In this document: positions 1 to 9,201 of the stretch, in pieces
Layout: every line of letters begins with the position of its first letter
How positions within the stretch are numbered: the first letter of the stretch is position 1
NCBI GenBank assembly: GCA_049414405.1
Contig: JBMSAQ010000002.1
Location: 51,229-83,228 of the forward strand
Reading direction: 5' to 3'
From: Candidatus Nanopusillus sp.
GTDB lineage: Archaea; Nanobdellota; Nanobdellia; Nanobdellales; Nanobdellaceae
DNA length: 32,000 bases
Notes under the pieces: model-generated
Told to the model about the DNA's origin: nothing
What the model saw: the letters and a program-made list of their open reading frames with translations, nothing else
Database searches by the model: none
Translations under genes and position numbers: made by a program

Positions 1-147
1 TTCAACAATATCCCCGATTCTTATTCCAAGTTCTTTCATAGCTTCAGCATCAATTCTAACAATTCCTCTATATAAATCGTTTTGAATAGCTTCTGCAACT
101 TTTAATTTTAATTCTTTTCGGTTATTTTGATTATCTTCAGATGCCAT
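1..147 (-). CDS. CDC48/VCP-like AAA+ ATPase, N-terminal fragment (gene runs off the window)
   Basis: My own minus-strand translation from the ATG at 147-145 gives MASEDNQNNRKELKLKVAEAIQNDLYRGIVRIDAEAMKELGIRIGDIVE. The pattern LKVAEA..D..RGIVRID....M.ELG...GDIVE matches the archaeal CDC48/VAT N-domain. The fragment is below the ORF-track length cut-off. Confidence 0.6.
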   Translation of the reverse strand, partial: MASEDNQNNRKELKLKVAEAIQNDLYRGIVRIDAEAMKELGIRIGDIVE

Positions 148-224
148 AATTCCATAATATTATTTTACCTTTTAAACCTAAATTATGAAAAAATTTAAAT
201 TATTCAATATATTTATTTTATTTT

Positions 225-554
225 ATGGCATTGAATGTTAGAAAGATATCTGAAACAACAAGATCAAAGGTATACACAGAAGATGGATACTTCTTAGGAG
301 AGGTTGAAGATGCAATAATAAGTGATAATAAAATATATGGATGGAAAATAAAAGTATTAGATCCTGATTTATCTAGAAGAGGAATTAAAGGATTGATTGT
401 TCCACACCAATTAATTAAAGCAATGGGGCAAATTTGGATAATATCAAAAGCTGTATATTCTGTAAAATCTTCAACAGAAAAAGAAGAAAAAAGTAGTAAA
501 GAAACATTCAATATAGAAACCCAAAGCAAAATAGAAGTCGAAAAAGTTGAATAA
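225..554 (+). CDS. PRC-barrel domain protein
   Basis: 109-aa ORF. The pattern SKVYTEDGYFLGEVEDAIISDNKIYGWKIKV....GLIVPHQLIKAMGQIWIISKAV resembles small archaeal PRC-barrel proteins. The fully overlapping antisense ORF 218-529 is low-complexity. Confidence 0.5.
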   Translation: MALNVRKISETTRSKVYTEDGYFLGEVEDAIISDNKIYGWKIKVLDPDLSRRGIKGLIVPHQLIKAMGQIWIISKAVYSVKSSTEKEEKSSKETFNIETQSKIEVEKVE

Positions 555-556
555 AT

Positions 557-955
557 TTACCTATAGGCCGTTGTATAGTGCTTTCTTGCTTTTGAAGTAG
601 GGGATTTTCTTTGTTCTTTTCTCCTTGGATCTGATTTTAACATATATGGATCGTATTGTAGATATAATAATTTTAATTTATCATCATCAAAATATTTTAC
701 TAAGCCTTTCGCAATAGCTATTCTAGCTGCCTCTGCTTTTCCCATATAACCGCCTCCATTTACTTTAACCTTTATATTTACCTTTAAAACATAATCTTCC
801 CCAGCTAATATTAATGGTTCACTTATTCTTAATCTCGCTAAAAATGGTTCGTATACTTGTAATGGAATAGAATTTATTGTAACTTTACCATTACCTTCCT
901 TTATATATGCTCTTGCAATTGCTGTTTTTCTTTTTGCTGTAACTATTATTGTCAT
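557..955 (-). CDS. rps9: 30S ribosomal protein S9 (uS9)
   Basis: 132 aa. It has the uS9 core (GGGYMGKAEAARIAIAKGL) and a basic C-terminus ending in ..AYR. It is the last gene of the conserved archaeal L18e-L13-S9 order. Confidence 0.9.
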   Translation of the reverse strand: MTIIVTAKRKTAIARAYIKEGNGKVTINSIPLQVYEPFLARLRISEPLILAGEDYVLKVNIKVKVNGGGYMGKAEAARIAIAKGLVKYFDDDKLKLLYLQYDPYMLKSDPRRKEQRKSPTSKARKHYTTAYR

Positions 956-981
956 GTTATATAGATTTATATACTAAATTT

Positions 982-1428
982 TTAAAATTTTCCACCAATG
1001 TGCCTTGATATATCTCCTAAGTAATGATATTCTCTTATTATCCCAACCTTTAATCTATTATGAATTAGTGAATCTTCTATCCTTTCCAATTTCACATCTT
1101 TAAATTCTTCTGGTAATCCTAAGAATACTTTTACTCTTTTTAAAGCCCGTCTTCCCCTATAATTTCTTGGTAACATTCCCCATATTACCCTTCTTAATAT
1201 TTTATCTGGCCTTTTTGGATAAAATGGACCTTTTATCCAATCCCCTCTTTCATTTACTTTATGATTCCAATGTTTAACCAGATTATTCCATTTTCCAACC
1301 AAAACAACCTTTTCAGCATTAAATATATATACTTCATATCCTTCTAATAAATATTTAGCAACTTTTGATGTGAATCTTCCCAAAACAGAATCTGTTGCAT
1401 CTATATATTTTCTTCCTATTGCTATCAT
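982..1428 (-). CDS. rpl13: 50S ribosomal protein L13 (uL13)
   Basis: 148 aa. The N-terminus IDATDSVLGRFTSKVAKYLLEG...VVLVGK is typical of uL13. Its start overlaps the L18e stop by 4 nt (ATGA on the minus strand). Confidence 0.9.
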   Translation of the reverse strand: MIAIGRKYIDATDSVLGRFTSKVAKYLLEGYEVYIFNAEKVVLVGKWNNLVKHWNHKVNERGDWIKGPFYPKRPDKILRRVIWGMLPRNYRGRRALKRVKVFLGLPEEFKDVKLERIEDSLIHNRLKVGIIREYHYLGDISRHIGGKF

Positions 1429-1790
1429 ATTATTATTTTTATATTTGAACCTTTTGGATTCGCCTTCAATAGATCTTCTATTGTCAATGTTTTAATACCT
1501 GATTTTTCCAACTTTTCTTTTGCATTTAGTGAATATTTCCATGCAGCAACTGTGATTTTCCTATTTACCATACCATAACCAAGTAATTTTCCTGGAATTA
1601 TAACAGTATCTCCATCCTTTGTATATTTATTCAATTTAGATAAATTTACTTCAACTCTTTTTCTTGTTGGTCTACTTAAAAGCTCTGCTACATATAACCA
1701 AAGCTTACTATTATTTTTCTTTCCTTCTTTTTTTAACAAATTTATCAACTTTCTTAAATAAATATTAGTAGGTCCTGTCCTTTTTACCAT
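1425..1790 (-). CDS. rpl18e: 50S ribosomal protein L18e (eL18)
   Basis: 121 aa. Hallmarks are TNIYLRKLINLLKK, LWLYVAELLSRPTRKRVEVNLSKL, IIPGKLLGYG and ITVAAWKYS. Confidence 0.85.
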   Translation of the reverse strand: MVKRTGPTNIYLRKLINLLKKEGKKNNSKLWLYVAELLSRPTRKRVEVNLSKLNKYTKDGDTVIIPGKLLGYGMVNRKITVAAWKYSLNAKEKLEKSGIKTLTIEDLLKANPKGSNIKIII

Positions 1791-1814
1791 TTTTTCATAA
1801 CTTATAAAAAATAT

Positions 1815-2432
1815 TTAAAAATTATTATTAAAGTCTTTTGATATTAAAGATCCGGTAGCACCTTCCTCATTTAGATATTTAGATCCTTTTCTTTTATCAT
1901 ATGGTATCTCTGAAGATTCTGTTTCAATAAAAACGATCTGAGCAATCTTTGTTTTTGGATATATTTTAATTGGGACTCTATTTACATTAATAATCTCCAA
2001 TGTTAAATATCCCTTATATCCTGGATCAATATAACCGGCAGAAGTATGCACTATTAAACCAAGTCTCCCAATTGAAGATCTACCATGTATTTGTCCTACA
2101 ATATTATCTGGCAATTCTATATATTCATATATTGATGCTAGAATGAATTCTCCTGGATGAATTATTATTGGAACATCATCATTTTTTAATATGTATAGAT
2201 CCGAATACTTTCCTATATGTACTATATATTCTTTGGTCTCTACTCTTGTATATACATCATCATAATAATCTTTTACATCTATAACTTCTTTTTCCAATGT
2301 TTTAAATACTCTAAACTTATGCCCCAATCTTATATCCAATGATGCTGGACCTATCAAATTCTCATCAAATGGTTCAACCTTTATTTTTCCACTCTTTACA
2401 TATTCCCTAATTTTTTTATCTATTAATATCAT
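1815..2432 (-). CDS. dcd: dCTP deaminase (possibly the bifunctional dCTP deaminase/dUTPase type)
   Basis: MILIDKKIREYVKSGKIKVEPFDENLIGPASLDIRLG is a near-canonical Dcd N-terminus. Downstream motifs include GRSSIGRLGL and DPGYKGYLTLE. The ORF is open up to 2456, but homologues start at the MIL.. methionine, so I call the start at 2432. Confidence 0.85.
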   Translation of the reverse strand: MILIDKKIREYVKSGKIKVEPFDENLIGPASLDIRLGHKFRVFKTLEKEVIDVKDYYDDVYTRVETKEYIVHIGKYSDLYILKNDDVPIIIHPGEFILASIYEYIELPDNIVGQIHGRSSIGRLGLIVHTSAGYIDPGYKGYLTLEIINVNRVPIKIYPKTKIAQIVFIETESSEIPYDKRKGSKYLNEEGATGSLISKDFNNNF

Positions 2433-2442
2433 TATACTTCTT

Positions 2443-3134
2443 ATGTACAAATCCATTATAAATTTAATTAAAGAAATGGATTTTCAATTTTGGTGGCCAG
2501 TAGATGTAGATTATCATAATAAAAATGAAGGAGATTGGAGGGTAGAAATAATTATAGGATCAATACTGACACAAAACACAAAATGGAATTTAGTAGAAAA
2601 AAATTTAGAATACTTAAAATCAAAAAATTTTATCTTTAGATTAGAAAATATAAATAACTTGTCTATTAGTGATATAAAAGTTCCATTTAGATGAAGGAAA
2701 CTAGAAACATTAAAATCTTTATCTAATTATATATTAGAAAACTATGGAAACATTGATAATTTTTCTAAATTAGAAATAAGTGAAATGAGGAAAGAATTAT
2801 TAAAAATAAAGGGAATTGGAAAAGAAACATGCGATGCAATAATATTATATTCATTTGAAAATCCAATATTTGTAGTAGATTATTATACTAAAAAATTTTT
2901 TAATAGATTTGAAGAATACGATAAATTAAGAGTTGAAATAGAAAAAATTATAAATGATAATTTTAATGAAATATATAAATTATTTTTAGATAAGTTAAAA
3001 AATATTGAAAATAGAAATCTTCCTTTTTTATCAGTATATGATCTAAAAAAAATATAAGTTATGAAGAAAAATTGACGATAATATATAAAGAATTGCATGC
3101 AATGATTGATATAAAAATGAAAAATTTAAAGTAA
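2443..3134 (+). pseudogene. Endonuclease III-related HhH-GPD protein (COG2231-like), disrupted by an in-frame TGA and a frameshift
   Basis: ORFs 2443-2694 and 2785-3057 are in the same frame. My codon count shows the stretch between them (2695-2784) is open, so the only break is TGA at 2692-2694. Family motifs span the break: FWWP, IIGSILTQNTKWNLVEKNL, then LLKIKGIGKETCDAI (HhH) and FVVDYYTKKFFNR. After the A8 run at 3045-3052 the expected C-terminal motif (IYKELHAMI.., compare YnEfHALiV) continues in another frame to TAA at 3132-3134. Confidence 0.7.
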
Positions 3135-3153
3135 TTGTTTATACTAAATTTCT

Positions 3154-4488
3154 ATGGACATATATAATTATAAAAAAGGTTTTGAGTTATTGAAAAATAG
3201 GATAAATATAAAAGACCTTGAAAAGATTGAATATGATAGAGAAGTTATACTAGCTGGATGGATAATAAATATAAAAAATATTGGAAATATATCGTTTATT
3301 ATATTAAGAGATCAGACTGGAGATGTTCAAATAACAATAAAAAAAGAAATATTTAATGATATAGAATTTGTTAAAGAATTTTCTTTGCATACATTTATAG
3401 TAGTTAGGGGAAAATACATAAAAGGAATTGCAAAAAAATATAAAGAGATTGTTGCAGAAGAACTATATTTAATTAGCGAACTGGCAGATAGATTGCCTAT
3501 AGATGAAAATTCATATTTTGAAAAAAGAATGAATTATAGATGGGTTGATCTTAGGGATCCAAAGAGAAGTTTAGTAATTAAGCTAACATCATATGCAATA
3601 AAATACGTTAGAGAATACTTATATAATGATAATTTTATTGAAATATTCTCTCCAAAAATAATAAGTACTGCATCTGAAGGAGGAGCAGAAGTTTTTGAAT
3701 TAAAATATTTTGATAAAAAAGCATATTTAGCACAATCACCACAATTCTATAAACAAATGGCAATATGTTCTGGTTTTGAAAGAGTATTTGAAATTGCACC
3801 GGCTTTTAGAGCAGAACCTTCCTTTACATCAAGACATTTAACTGAATTTACATCCTTTGATGTAGAAATTGGGTATATAAATTCACATTATGATGTAATG
3901 AAAGTTTTAGAGGAAATTATAAAATACACAAATAAAAAAATTAAAGAAAATTTTGAAGATGAAATCAGAAAATATTATAATGTAGATATATTTATTCCAG
4001 GAAATATTCCAAAAATAAAGATGGAAGAAGTGTATGAAATTGTTGGAAAAAATAATATAAAAGAAAATGGTGATATAACATCAGAAGGGGAAAAAATCTT
4101 GGGAGATTATGTTAAAAAAACATATGACAATGAATTTGTATTTATAATTGATTGGCCCTGGACTGCAAGACCATTTTATCATATGAAAGGGGAATCAATG
4201 AAAAATGGAATGATAACAACAAAAAGTTTTGATCTATTATATAATGGTTTAGAAATTTCTACGGGTTCTCAAAGAGAACATAGATATAAAATATTATTAG
4301 AACAAATAAAAGAAAAAGGATTAAATCCAGATAATTTTAAATATTATTTAGAATTCTTTAAATATGGTGCTCCAACAATGGGTGGATTTGGATTTGGTAT
4401 TGCAAGATATATAAAACAATTATTAAATGTTGAAAATGTAAAAGAAGTAGTATTAATACTAAGAGATCCGAATAGATTAGAACCATGA
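3154..4488 (+). CDS. aspS: Aspartyl-tRNA synthetase (archaeal class IIb)
   Basis: 444 aa. It has an N-terminal OB-fold region, QSPQFYKQ, FRAEPSFTSRHLTEF (motif 2) and GGFGFGIARY (motif 3). Confidence 0.9.
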   Translation: MDIYNYKKGFELLKNRINIKDLEKIEYDREVILAGWIINIKNIGNISFIILRDQTGDVQITIKKEIFNDIEFVKEFSLHTFIVVRGKYIKGIAKKYKEIVAEELYLISELADRLPIDENSYFEKRMNYRWVDLRDPKRSLVIKLTSYAIKYVREYLYNDNFIEIFSPKIISTASEGGAEVFELKYFDKKAYLAQSPQFYKQMAICSGFERVFEIAPAFRAEPSFTSRHLTEFTSFDVEIGYINSHYDVMKVLEEIIKYTNKKIKENFEDEIRKYYNVDIFIPGNIPKIKMEEVYEIVGKNNIKENGDITSEGEKILGDYVKKTYDNEFVFIIDWPWTARPFYHMKGESMKNGMITTKSFDLLYNGLEISTGSQREHRYKILLEQIKEKGLNPDNFKYYLEFFKYGAPTMGGFGFGIARYIKQLLNVENVKEVVLILRDPNRLEP

Positions 4489-5225
4489 TTGATTTTTATA
4501 TTGTATTTGTAGAACCAGAATCTGAAGACAATATAGGTGCATTAGCGAGAGTAATGGCAAATTTTAATTTTAAAAATCTTATATTAGTAAATCCTAAAGT
4601 AAATCCTTATGGAGATAAAGTAAAGATTGTTGCTAGAGAAAAAGGATGGGAAATAATAAAGAATATGAAAATATACAATAATTTAGACGAAGTAATTGAT
4701 TTATTTGATATAAATTATGGTACAACTGGAGTTTCTTCAAAGATTGGAAATGAAGTATTAAGAAATCCGTTAACTCCTAGAGAATTTGCAAATTCTATAT
4801 ATAAATATGATGGTAAGATTGGCATATTTTTTGGAAGAGAATCTAAGGGCTTTAGTAGTGAAGAATTAGATAAATTTGATGGAATAATTACAATTCCTGC
4901 ATGTGAAGAATATTCAATAATGAATATAACCCATTCCGCAGCAATAATATTATATGAATTATTTATTTCTCAAAATAATCCAATAAGAAAAGTATTTAAA
5001 TTAATAAATAATCAAGAAAGAAAATATTTATATAAAATGTTCAAAGATTTTGTAGATGTATTACCTTCTCAAGATTATAGAAAACCTTTCATATATAGAG
5101 GACTAAGAAATCTAATTGGAAAAGCATTAATTACGAAAAGAGAATATTCCTTATTAATGGGTATGTTAAGAATTGCAAAAGAAAACATAGAAAATTGTAG
5201 GAAAAATAAAAACCAAACTTTATAA
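4485..5225 (+). CDS. SpoU/TrmH-class RNA 2'-O-methyltransferase (TrmJ-like)
   Basis: 246 aa. The N-terminus FYIVFVEPESEDNIGALARVMANFNF and the SPOUT knot motifs IGIFFGRESKGFSSEEL and ITIP..EEYSIMNITHSAAIILYEL support the call. Its start overlaps the aspS stop (ATGA). Confidence 0.75.
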   Translation: MIDFYIVFVEPESEDNIGALARVMANFNFKNLILVNPKVNPYGDKVKIVAREKGWEIIKNMKIYNNLDEVIDLFDINYGTTGVSSKIGNEVLRNPLTPREFANSIYKYDGKIGIFFGRESKGFSSEELDKFDGIITIPACEEYSIMNITHSAAIILYELFISQNNPIRKVFKLINNQERKYLYKMFKDFVDVLPSQDYRKPFIYRGLRNLIGKALITKREYSLLMGMLRIAKENIENCRKNKNQTL

Positions 5226-5248
5226 AATTTTGTTATTCAAATATCATA

Positions 5249-5572
5249 ATGCCTGAAGAAACTCAATTAGTACAAACAGAAAATGTTCAACAGAATCAAG
5301 AAAGTGTTGAAAAGAAAGAAAATATACAAGAATTTCATATAAAAATAAATATAAGGAAATGGATATTAAAAACACCATTAAAAAGAAGGGCAAAGAAGGC
5401 AGCAAAAATAATAAGAGAAATTATAATGAAGAGATATAAGTCAAAAAATGTTTTATTATCTGTAAGATTAAACAATTACATTTGGTCTAGAGGGATTAAG
5501 AAACCACCAACAAAATATAAATTGAGAATAATTAAAAAGGAAGATAGAATATTTGCAGATGTTGATGAATGA
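5249..5572 (+). CDS. rpl31e: 50S ribosomal protein L31e (eL31) with a roughly 27-aa N-terminal extension
   Basis: The core RRAKKAAKIIREIIMKRYKSKNVLLSVRLNNYIWSRGIKKPPTKYKLRI matches eL31. The Q/E-rich leader has no internal ATG that could serve as an alternative start. Confidence 0.85.
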   Translation: MPEETQLVQTENVQQNQESVEKKENIQEFHIKINIRKWILKTPLKRRAKKAAKIIREIIMKRYKSKNVLLSVRLNNYIWSRGIKKPPTKYKLRIIKKEDRIFADVDE

Positions 5573-6647
5573 GGGAAAAGCTATAATAAATTATAATCCA
5601 GATTTTTTAAAGAAATTATCATCAAAATTACCAGTATTTTATAACCCTTTAATGAAAATAAATAGAGATTTTACAATAATGATATTAAAATCTTATTACA
5701 ATATAACAAAGAAAGGTTTTGATATTTTGGATTGTATGGCTGCTACCGGTATTAGATCCATAAGAATATTAAAAGAAATACCAGAAGTTGTAAATAAAAT
5801 ATATATAAATGATATAAAAAAAGAAGCTATAGAAAATATAAAAGAAAATTTAAAGATTAATAATCTAGAAAATGTTGAAAGAATAATTATATTAAATAAA
5901 GATTGTAGAGAACTATTATTAAAATATAAATTCGATTATATTGATATAGATCCATTTGGTTCCTCTATAGGTTTTGTAGAATTATTACCAAAGGCATTAA
6001 AAAATAATGGAATTGCTGGAATTACTGCAACAGATATTTCCTCATTATCAGGATCAAAGCCAAAATCTTGTTTAAAGAAATATAATACAATAGGAATAAA
6101 AACAGATTTTTATTTAGAGTTTGGATTAAGAAATTTAGCAAAATATATAATTATTGAAGGATTAAAATATGATGTTGCATTAATTCCGATTTTTTCATAT
6201 TATTATAATCATCATTATAGAATATTTGTTAAAAAAAGCACTAAGAGTAAAGATATAAATTATTTAATAGAAAATATAATGGAAATATATTATTGCAGAA
6301 ATTGTGGGTATAAATCCTTAGAAAATGGAAAATGCAAAGTGTGCAATAATGATCTAATTAAGTTAGGACCTATATATATTGGAAAATTATATAATGAAAA
6401 TTTATTAAATGATATTAATAATAATATTAGTTCATTGAATTTAGATAAAGATGAAAGAAAAATAATCGATAGAATAATAAATTGTGACTCAAAAATAAAT
6501 TTATGGTATTATTATGACATAAGAAAAATTTCATCTTTCTATAAAAATAATTTACCAAAAATAGAAAAAATATTAGAAATAAATAACGGATGTAGAACTC
6601 ATTTTACAAACTATGGAATAAAAACTTTATACTATCCAAAAATATAA
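5553..6647 (+). CDS. trm1: tRNA (guanine26-N2)-dimethyltransferase Trm1
   Basis: 364 aa. Motifs are FYNPLMKINRDF, LDCMAATGIRSIR (SAM site), DIDPFGS and a C-terminal zinc finger CRNCGY..CKVCN. It overlaps the end of rpl31e by 20 nt. Confidence 0.85.
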   Translation: MQMLMNEGKAIINYNPDFLKKLSSKLPVFYNPLMKINRDFTIMILKSYYNITKKGFDILDCMAATGIRSIRILKEIPEVVNKIYINDIKKEAIENIKENLKINNLENVERIIILNKDCRELLLKYKFDYIDIDPFGSSIGFVELLPKALKNNGIAGITATDISSLSGSKPKSCLKKYNTIGIKTDFYLEFGLRNLAKYIIIEGLKYDVALIPIFSYYYNHHYRIFVKKSTKSKDINYLIENIMEIYYCRNCGYKSLENGKCKVCNNDLIKLGPIYIGKLYNENLLNDINNNISSLNLDKDERKIIDRIINCDSKINLWYYYDIRKISSFYKNNLPKIEKILEINNGCRTHFTNYGIKTLYYPKI

Positions 6648-6654
6648 ATATATT

Positions 6655-6936
6655 ATGAGATATAGTTTAGTAATAAAAATAACCAAGAATATTTCTTTAG
6701 AAGGTAATGATAATTTAATTTGGTATATAAAAAATTATGCAAAAGATATAAATGATCTTGAATCTATATTTGAGGCATTAAAAAAATATAAGGAAAAATA
6801 TAGAAAAAAGGGAAAAATAAATATAGTAATTATGGGGGATATAGATAAGAATATAATTGAAAAATACAAAGATTATTTCAATATATTTAGTGAAAACTAT
6901 ATGCAAAGAAAAATTACAGAATTCATAAATAAATAA
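6655..6936 (+). CDS. Hypothetical protein
   Basis: 93-aa K/N/I-rich ORF that fits the tight same-strand gene spacing. I recognise no motif. Confidence 0.35.
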   Translation: MRYSLVIKITKNISLEGNDNLIWYIKNYAKDINDLESIFEALKKYKEKYRKKGKINIVIMGDIDKNIIEKYKDYFNIFSENYMQRKITEFINK

Positions 6937-6960
6937 AAATCTTTTTAATATTTTTATATT

Positions 6961-9201
6961 ATGTCTTCTATAGAATTGAGAGAATATCAAAAAAATATAT
7001 TAGAATCATGCTTAAGAGAGAATACACTTGTTATATTACCAACAGGTACCGGAAAAACAATTATTGCCTTTTTTCTTATTATTGAAAGATTAAAATTATT
7101 TCCAGATAAAAAAATATATTTCCTAGCCCCAACAAAACCGTTAGTAAACCAGCATTATAATAATTTTATAAAAATTTTTCCGGATCTAAAGGATAAAAGT
7201 ATTGTAATTACTGGTGATATTCATCAAGAGAGAAGAAATTATTTGTATAAACAAGGGAAAATAATTTTTGTGACACCACAGACATTACAAAATGATTTAA
7301 TAAGTGGAAGGGTTACATTTTATGATGCCTCGACAATAATATTTGATGAAGCACATAGAGCGGTTAAAAAATATTCATATACATTTATTGCAAAAAAGTT
7401 TGTAGAACAGGCAAGAGATTATAAAATAGTTGGATTAACAGCTTCTCCTGGTTGGAATATTGAAAGAATAGAAGAGGTAATAAACAATCTATATATAAAG
7501 AACATTGAAATAAGAACTGGAGAAGAAAAAGATATTAAAAAATATATGACTGGTATTGAAATCAAAAGAGTAGATATAGAATTAAATAACGAATTAAATA
7601 ACATCAAAGATCTAATAATAAAAGCTATAGATTTAAGATTATCAAAAATAAAAGAATTAGATCCATCAATTGATATCGATAAAGGTAAAAAGGATATACT
7701 AAAATGGATAGAAGAAATTAAAAAGAATTTAGAAACCAGAGGAAGAGATTATAGACTAAGAGAAATCATAGAGCTATTATCCGAAACATTAAAAATATAT
7801 CATGCCCTAGAAGTTCTAGAAACACAAACTCTATATACTTTTATAAGTTATTTTAATGATATTGAGAATAATATAAGAAAAAGTAGGGCTGATTATGAAG
7901 TTTTGGGTGATATAAGAATAAAAAAGGCCATATATCTGGCAAAAGAATATATTAACAAAAATATTGAACATCCAAAATTATTAAAACTAATAGAAATATT
8001 AAAGGAAAATAAAGATAAGAAAATAATTGTATTTGCGCAAATAAGAAAAACTCTAGATAGAATAAAGGAGTATTGCGATAAAAACAATATAAAAGCCAAA
8101 AAGTTTGTTGGGAAAAAGGAAATGAGTAGAAGTGAACAGATAAAATTATTGAAAGATTTTTCAGAAGGTAAATTCAATGTATTATTATCAACATCTGTTG
8201 GTGAAGAAGGTATTGATATTCCGAAGGTTGATATTGTAATATTTTATGAGCCCGTACCATCTGAAATTAGATATATACAAAGAAGGGGTAGAACTGGTAG
8301 AGGTGAAATAGGGGAAGTAATAATATTAGTTACAAAAAATACAATAGATGAAAGATTTTACTGGGTTTCAATAAAGAAGGAAAAAAAGATGCTATATATA
8401 ATTAAAAGAATAAAAAAATATCTAAAAGTAAATAATAATATAGAAGAAAATAATATAAATAATAAAATGATGGCTGAAAGCGTTGAAAAATCCAGAGGAA
8501 TATTTAAGTATATTACAGGTAATCAGATCTCTCAAGAAAAGGATAATTCACCAAATGTTATTAATACAAAATCTAACGTTCCTATGATTGTTGTAGACTA
8601 TAAAGAAAAAGAATCTGGAGTAGTACAAACTTTGGCAAATACAGATATTTTAATAAAATTGGAAAATTTGGATGTTGGAGATTATATAATTGGAGATTTA
8701 ATAATTGAAAGAAAAAATATATTAGACTTCATTAATTCTATATTAGATGGAAGGTTATATAATCAATTAGAAAAATTAAAGGATAAAAAATCTATATTAA
8801 TATTAGAAGGAACAGAAGATAGCTTTGGGATAGATACAAACATTTCAATAAGCTACATAAGAACGTTAATACTAAAGATAATTTTAGAATATAAAATACC
8901 AATTATAAGAACTTCAGACTTTTTAGAAACAGCAAATTATTTATATTTATTAGCAAAAAATTATAATAAATTCCCAAACATACCTGAAAGGACAAAGAAT
9001 TATGAAGACCTTGATGAAGTTAAATTAGAAATATTAAAAACCATACCGGGTATTGGAGAAAATCTGGCGTTAAAATTATTAGAAAGATTTAAATCATTAA
9101 AGAATATTTTCTTAGCGAATAAAACCGAGTTAGAAAATATTGTTGGAGAAAAGAAAGCTGAAAGAATTAAAAAGATATTTGAAGAAGAATATAAAAAGTG
9201 A
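6961..9201 (+). CDS. hef: Hef: SF2 helicase fused to an ERCC4/XPF nuclease and an HhH2 domain
   Basis: 746 aa. Helicase motifs are PTGTGKT (I), FDEAH (II), TASPG (III) and QRRGRTGR (VI). The ERCC4 nuclease signature is VGDYIIGDLIIERKNILDF..DGRL. The C-terminal HhH is IPGIGENLALKLLERF. Confidence 0.9.
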   Translation: MSSIELREYQKNILESCLRENTLVILPTGTGKTIIAFFLIIERLKLFPDKKIYFLAPTKPLVNQHYNNFIKIFPDLKDKSIVITGDIHQERRNYLYKQGKIIFVTPQTLQNDLISGRVTFYDASTIIFDEAHRAVKKYSYTFIAKKFVEQARDYKIVGLTASPGWNIERIEEVINNLYIKNIEIRTGEEKDIKKYMTGIEIKRVDIELNNELNNIKDLIIKAIDLRLSKIKELDPSIDIDKGKKDILKWIEEIKKNLETRGRDYRLREIIELLSETLKIYHALEVLETQTLYTFISYFNDIENNIRKSRADYEVLGDIRIKKAIYLAKEYINKNIEHPKLLKLIEILKENKDKKIIVFAQIRKTLDRIKEYCDKNNIKAKKFVGKKEMSRSEQIKLLKDFSEGKFNVLLSTSVGEEGIDIPKVDIVIFYEPVPSEIRYIQRRGRTGRGEIGEVIILVTKNTIDERFYWVSIKKEKKMLYIIKRIKKYLKVNNNIEENNINNKMMAESVEKSRGIFKYITGNQISQEKDNSPNVINTKSNVPMIVVDYKEKESGVVQTLANTDILIKLENLDVGDYIIGDLIIERKNILDFINSILDGRLYNQLEKLKDKKSILILEGTEDSFGIDTNISISYIRTLILKIILEYKIPIIRTSDFLETANYLYLLAKNYNKFPNIPERTKNYEDLDEVKLEILKTIPGIGENLALKLLERFKSLKNIFLANKTELENIVGEKKAERIKKIFEEEYKK

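Noticed and set aside
218-529. A 103-aa minus-strand ORF overlapping the PRC-barrel gene.
   Set aside because: It is fully antisense to an ORF with a recognisable domain pattern. Its composition is the hydrophobic, low-complexity kind typical of shadow ORFs in AT-rich DNA.
2692-2694. The in-frame TGA in the EndoIII-like gene as a sense codon (Sec, Trp or Gly reassignment).
   Set aside because: TGA is used as a genuine stop by conserved neighbours: aspS ends at 4486-4488 and hef at 9199-9201, at the expected protein C-termini. The aligned family position is not Cys, Sec or Trp. A second lesion, the frameshift, is present in the same gene.
2883-3098. A 71-aa minus-strand ORF antisense to the EndoIII-like gene.
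   Set aside because: It is a shadow ORF, Phe/Ile/Ser-rich with no motif. The opposite strand carries HhH-GPD motifs.
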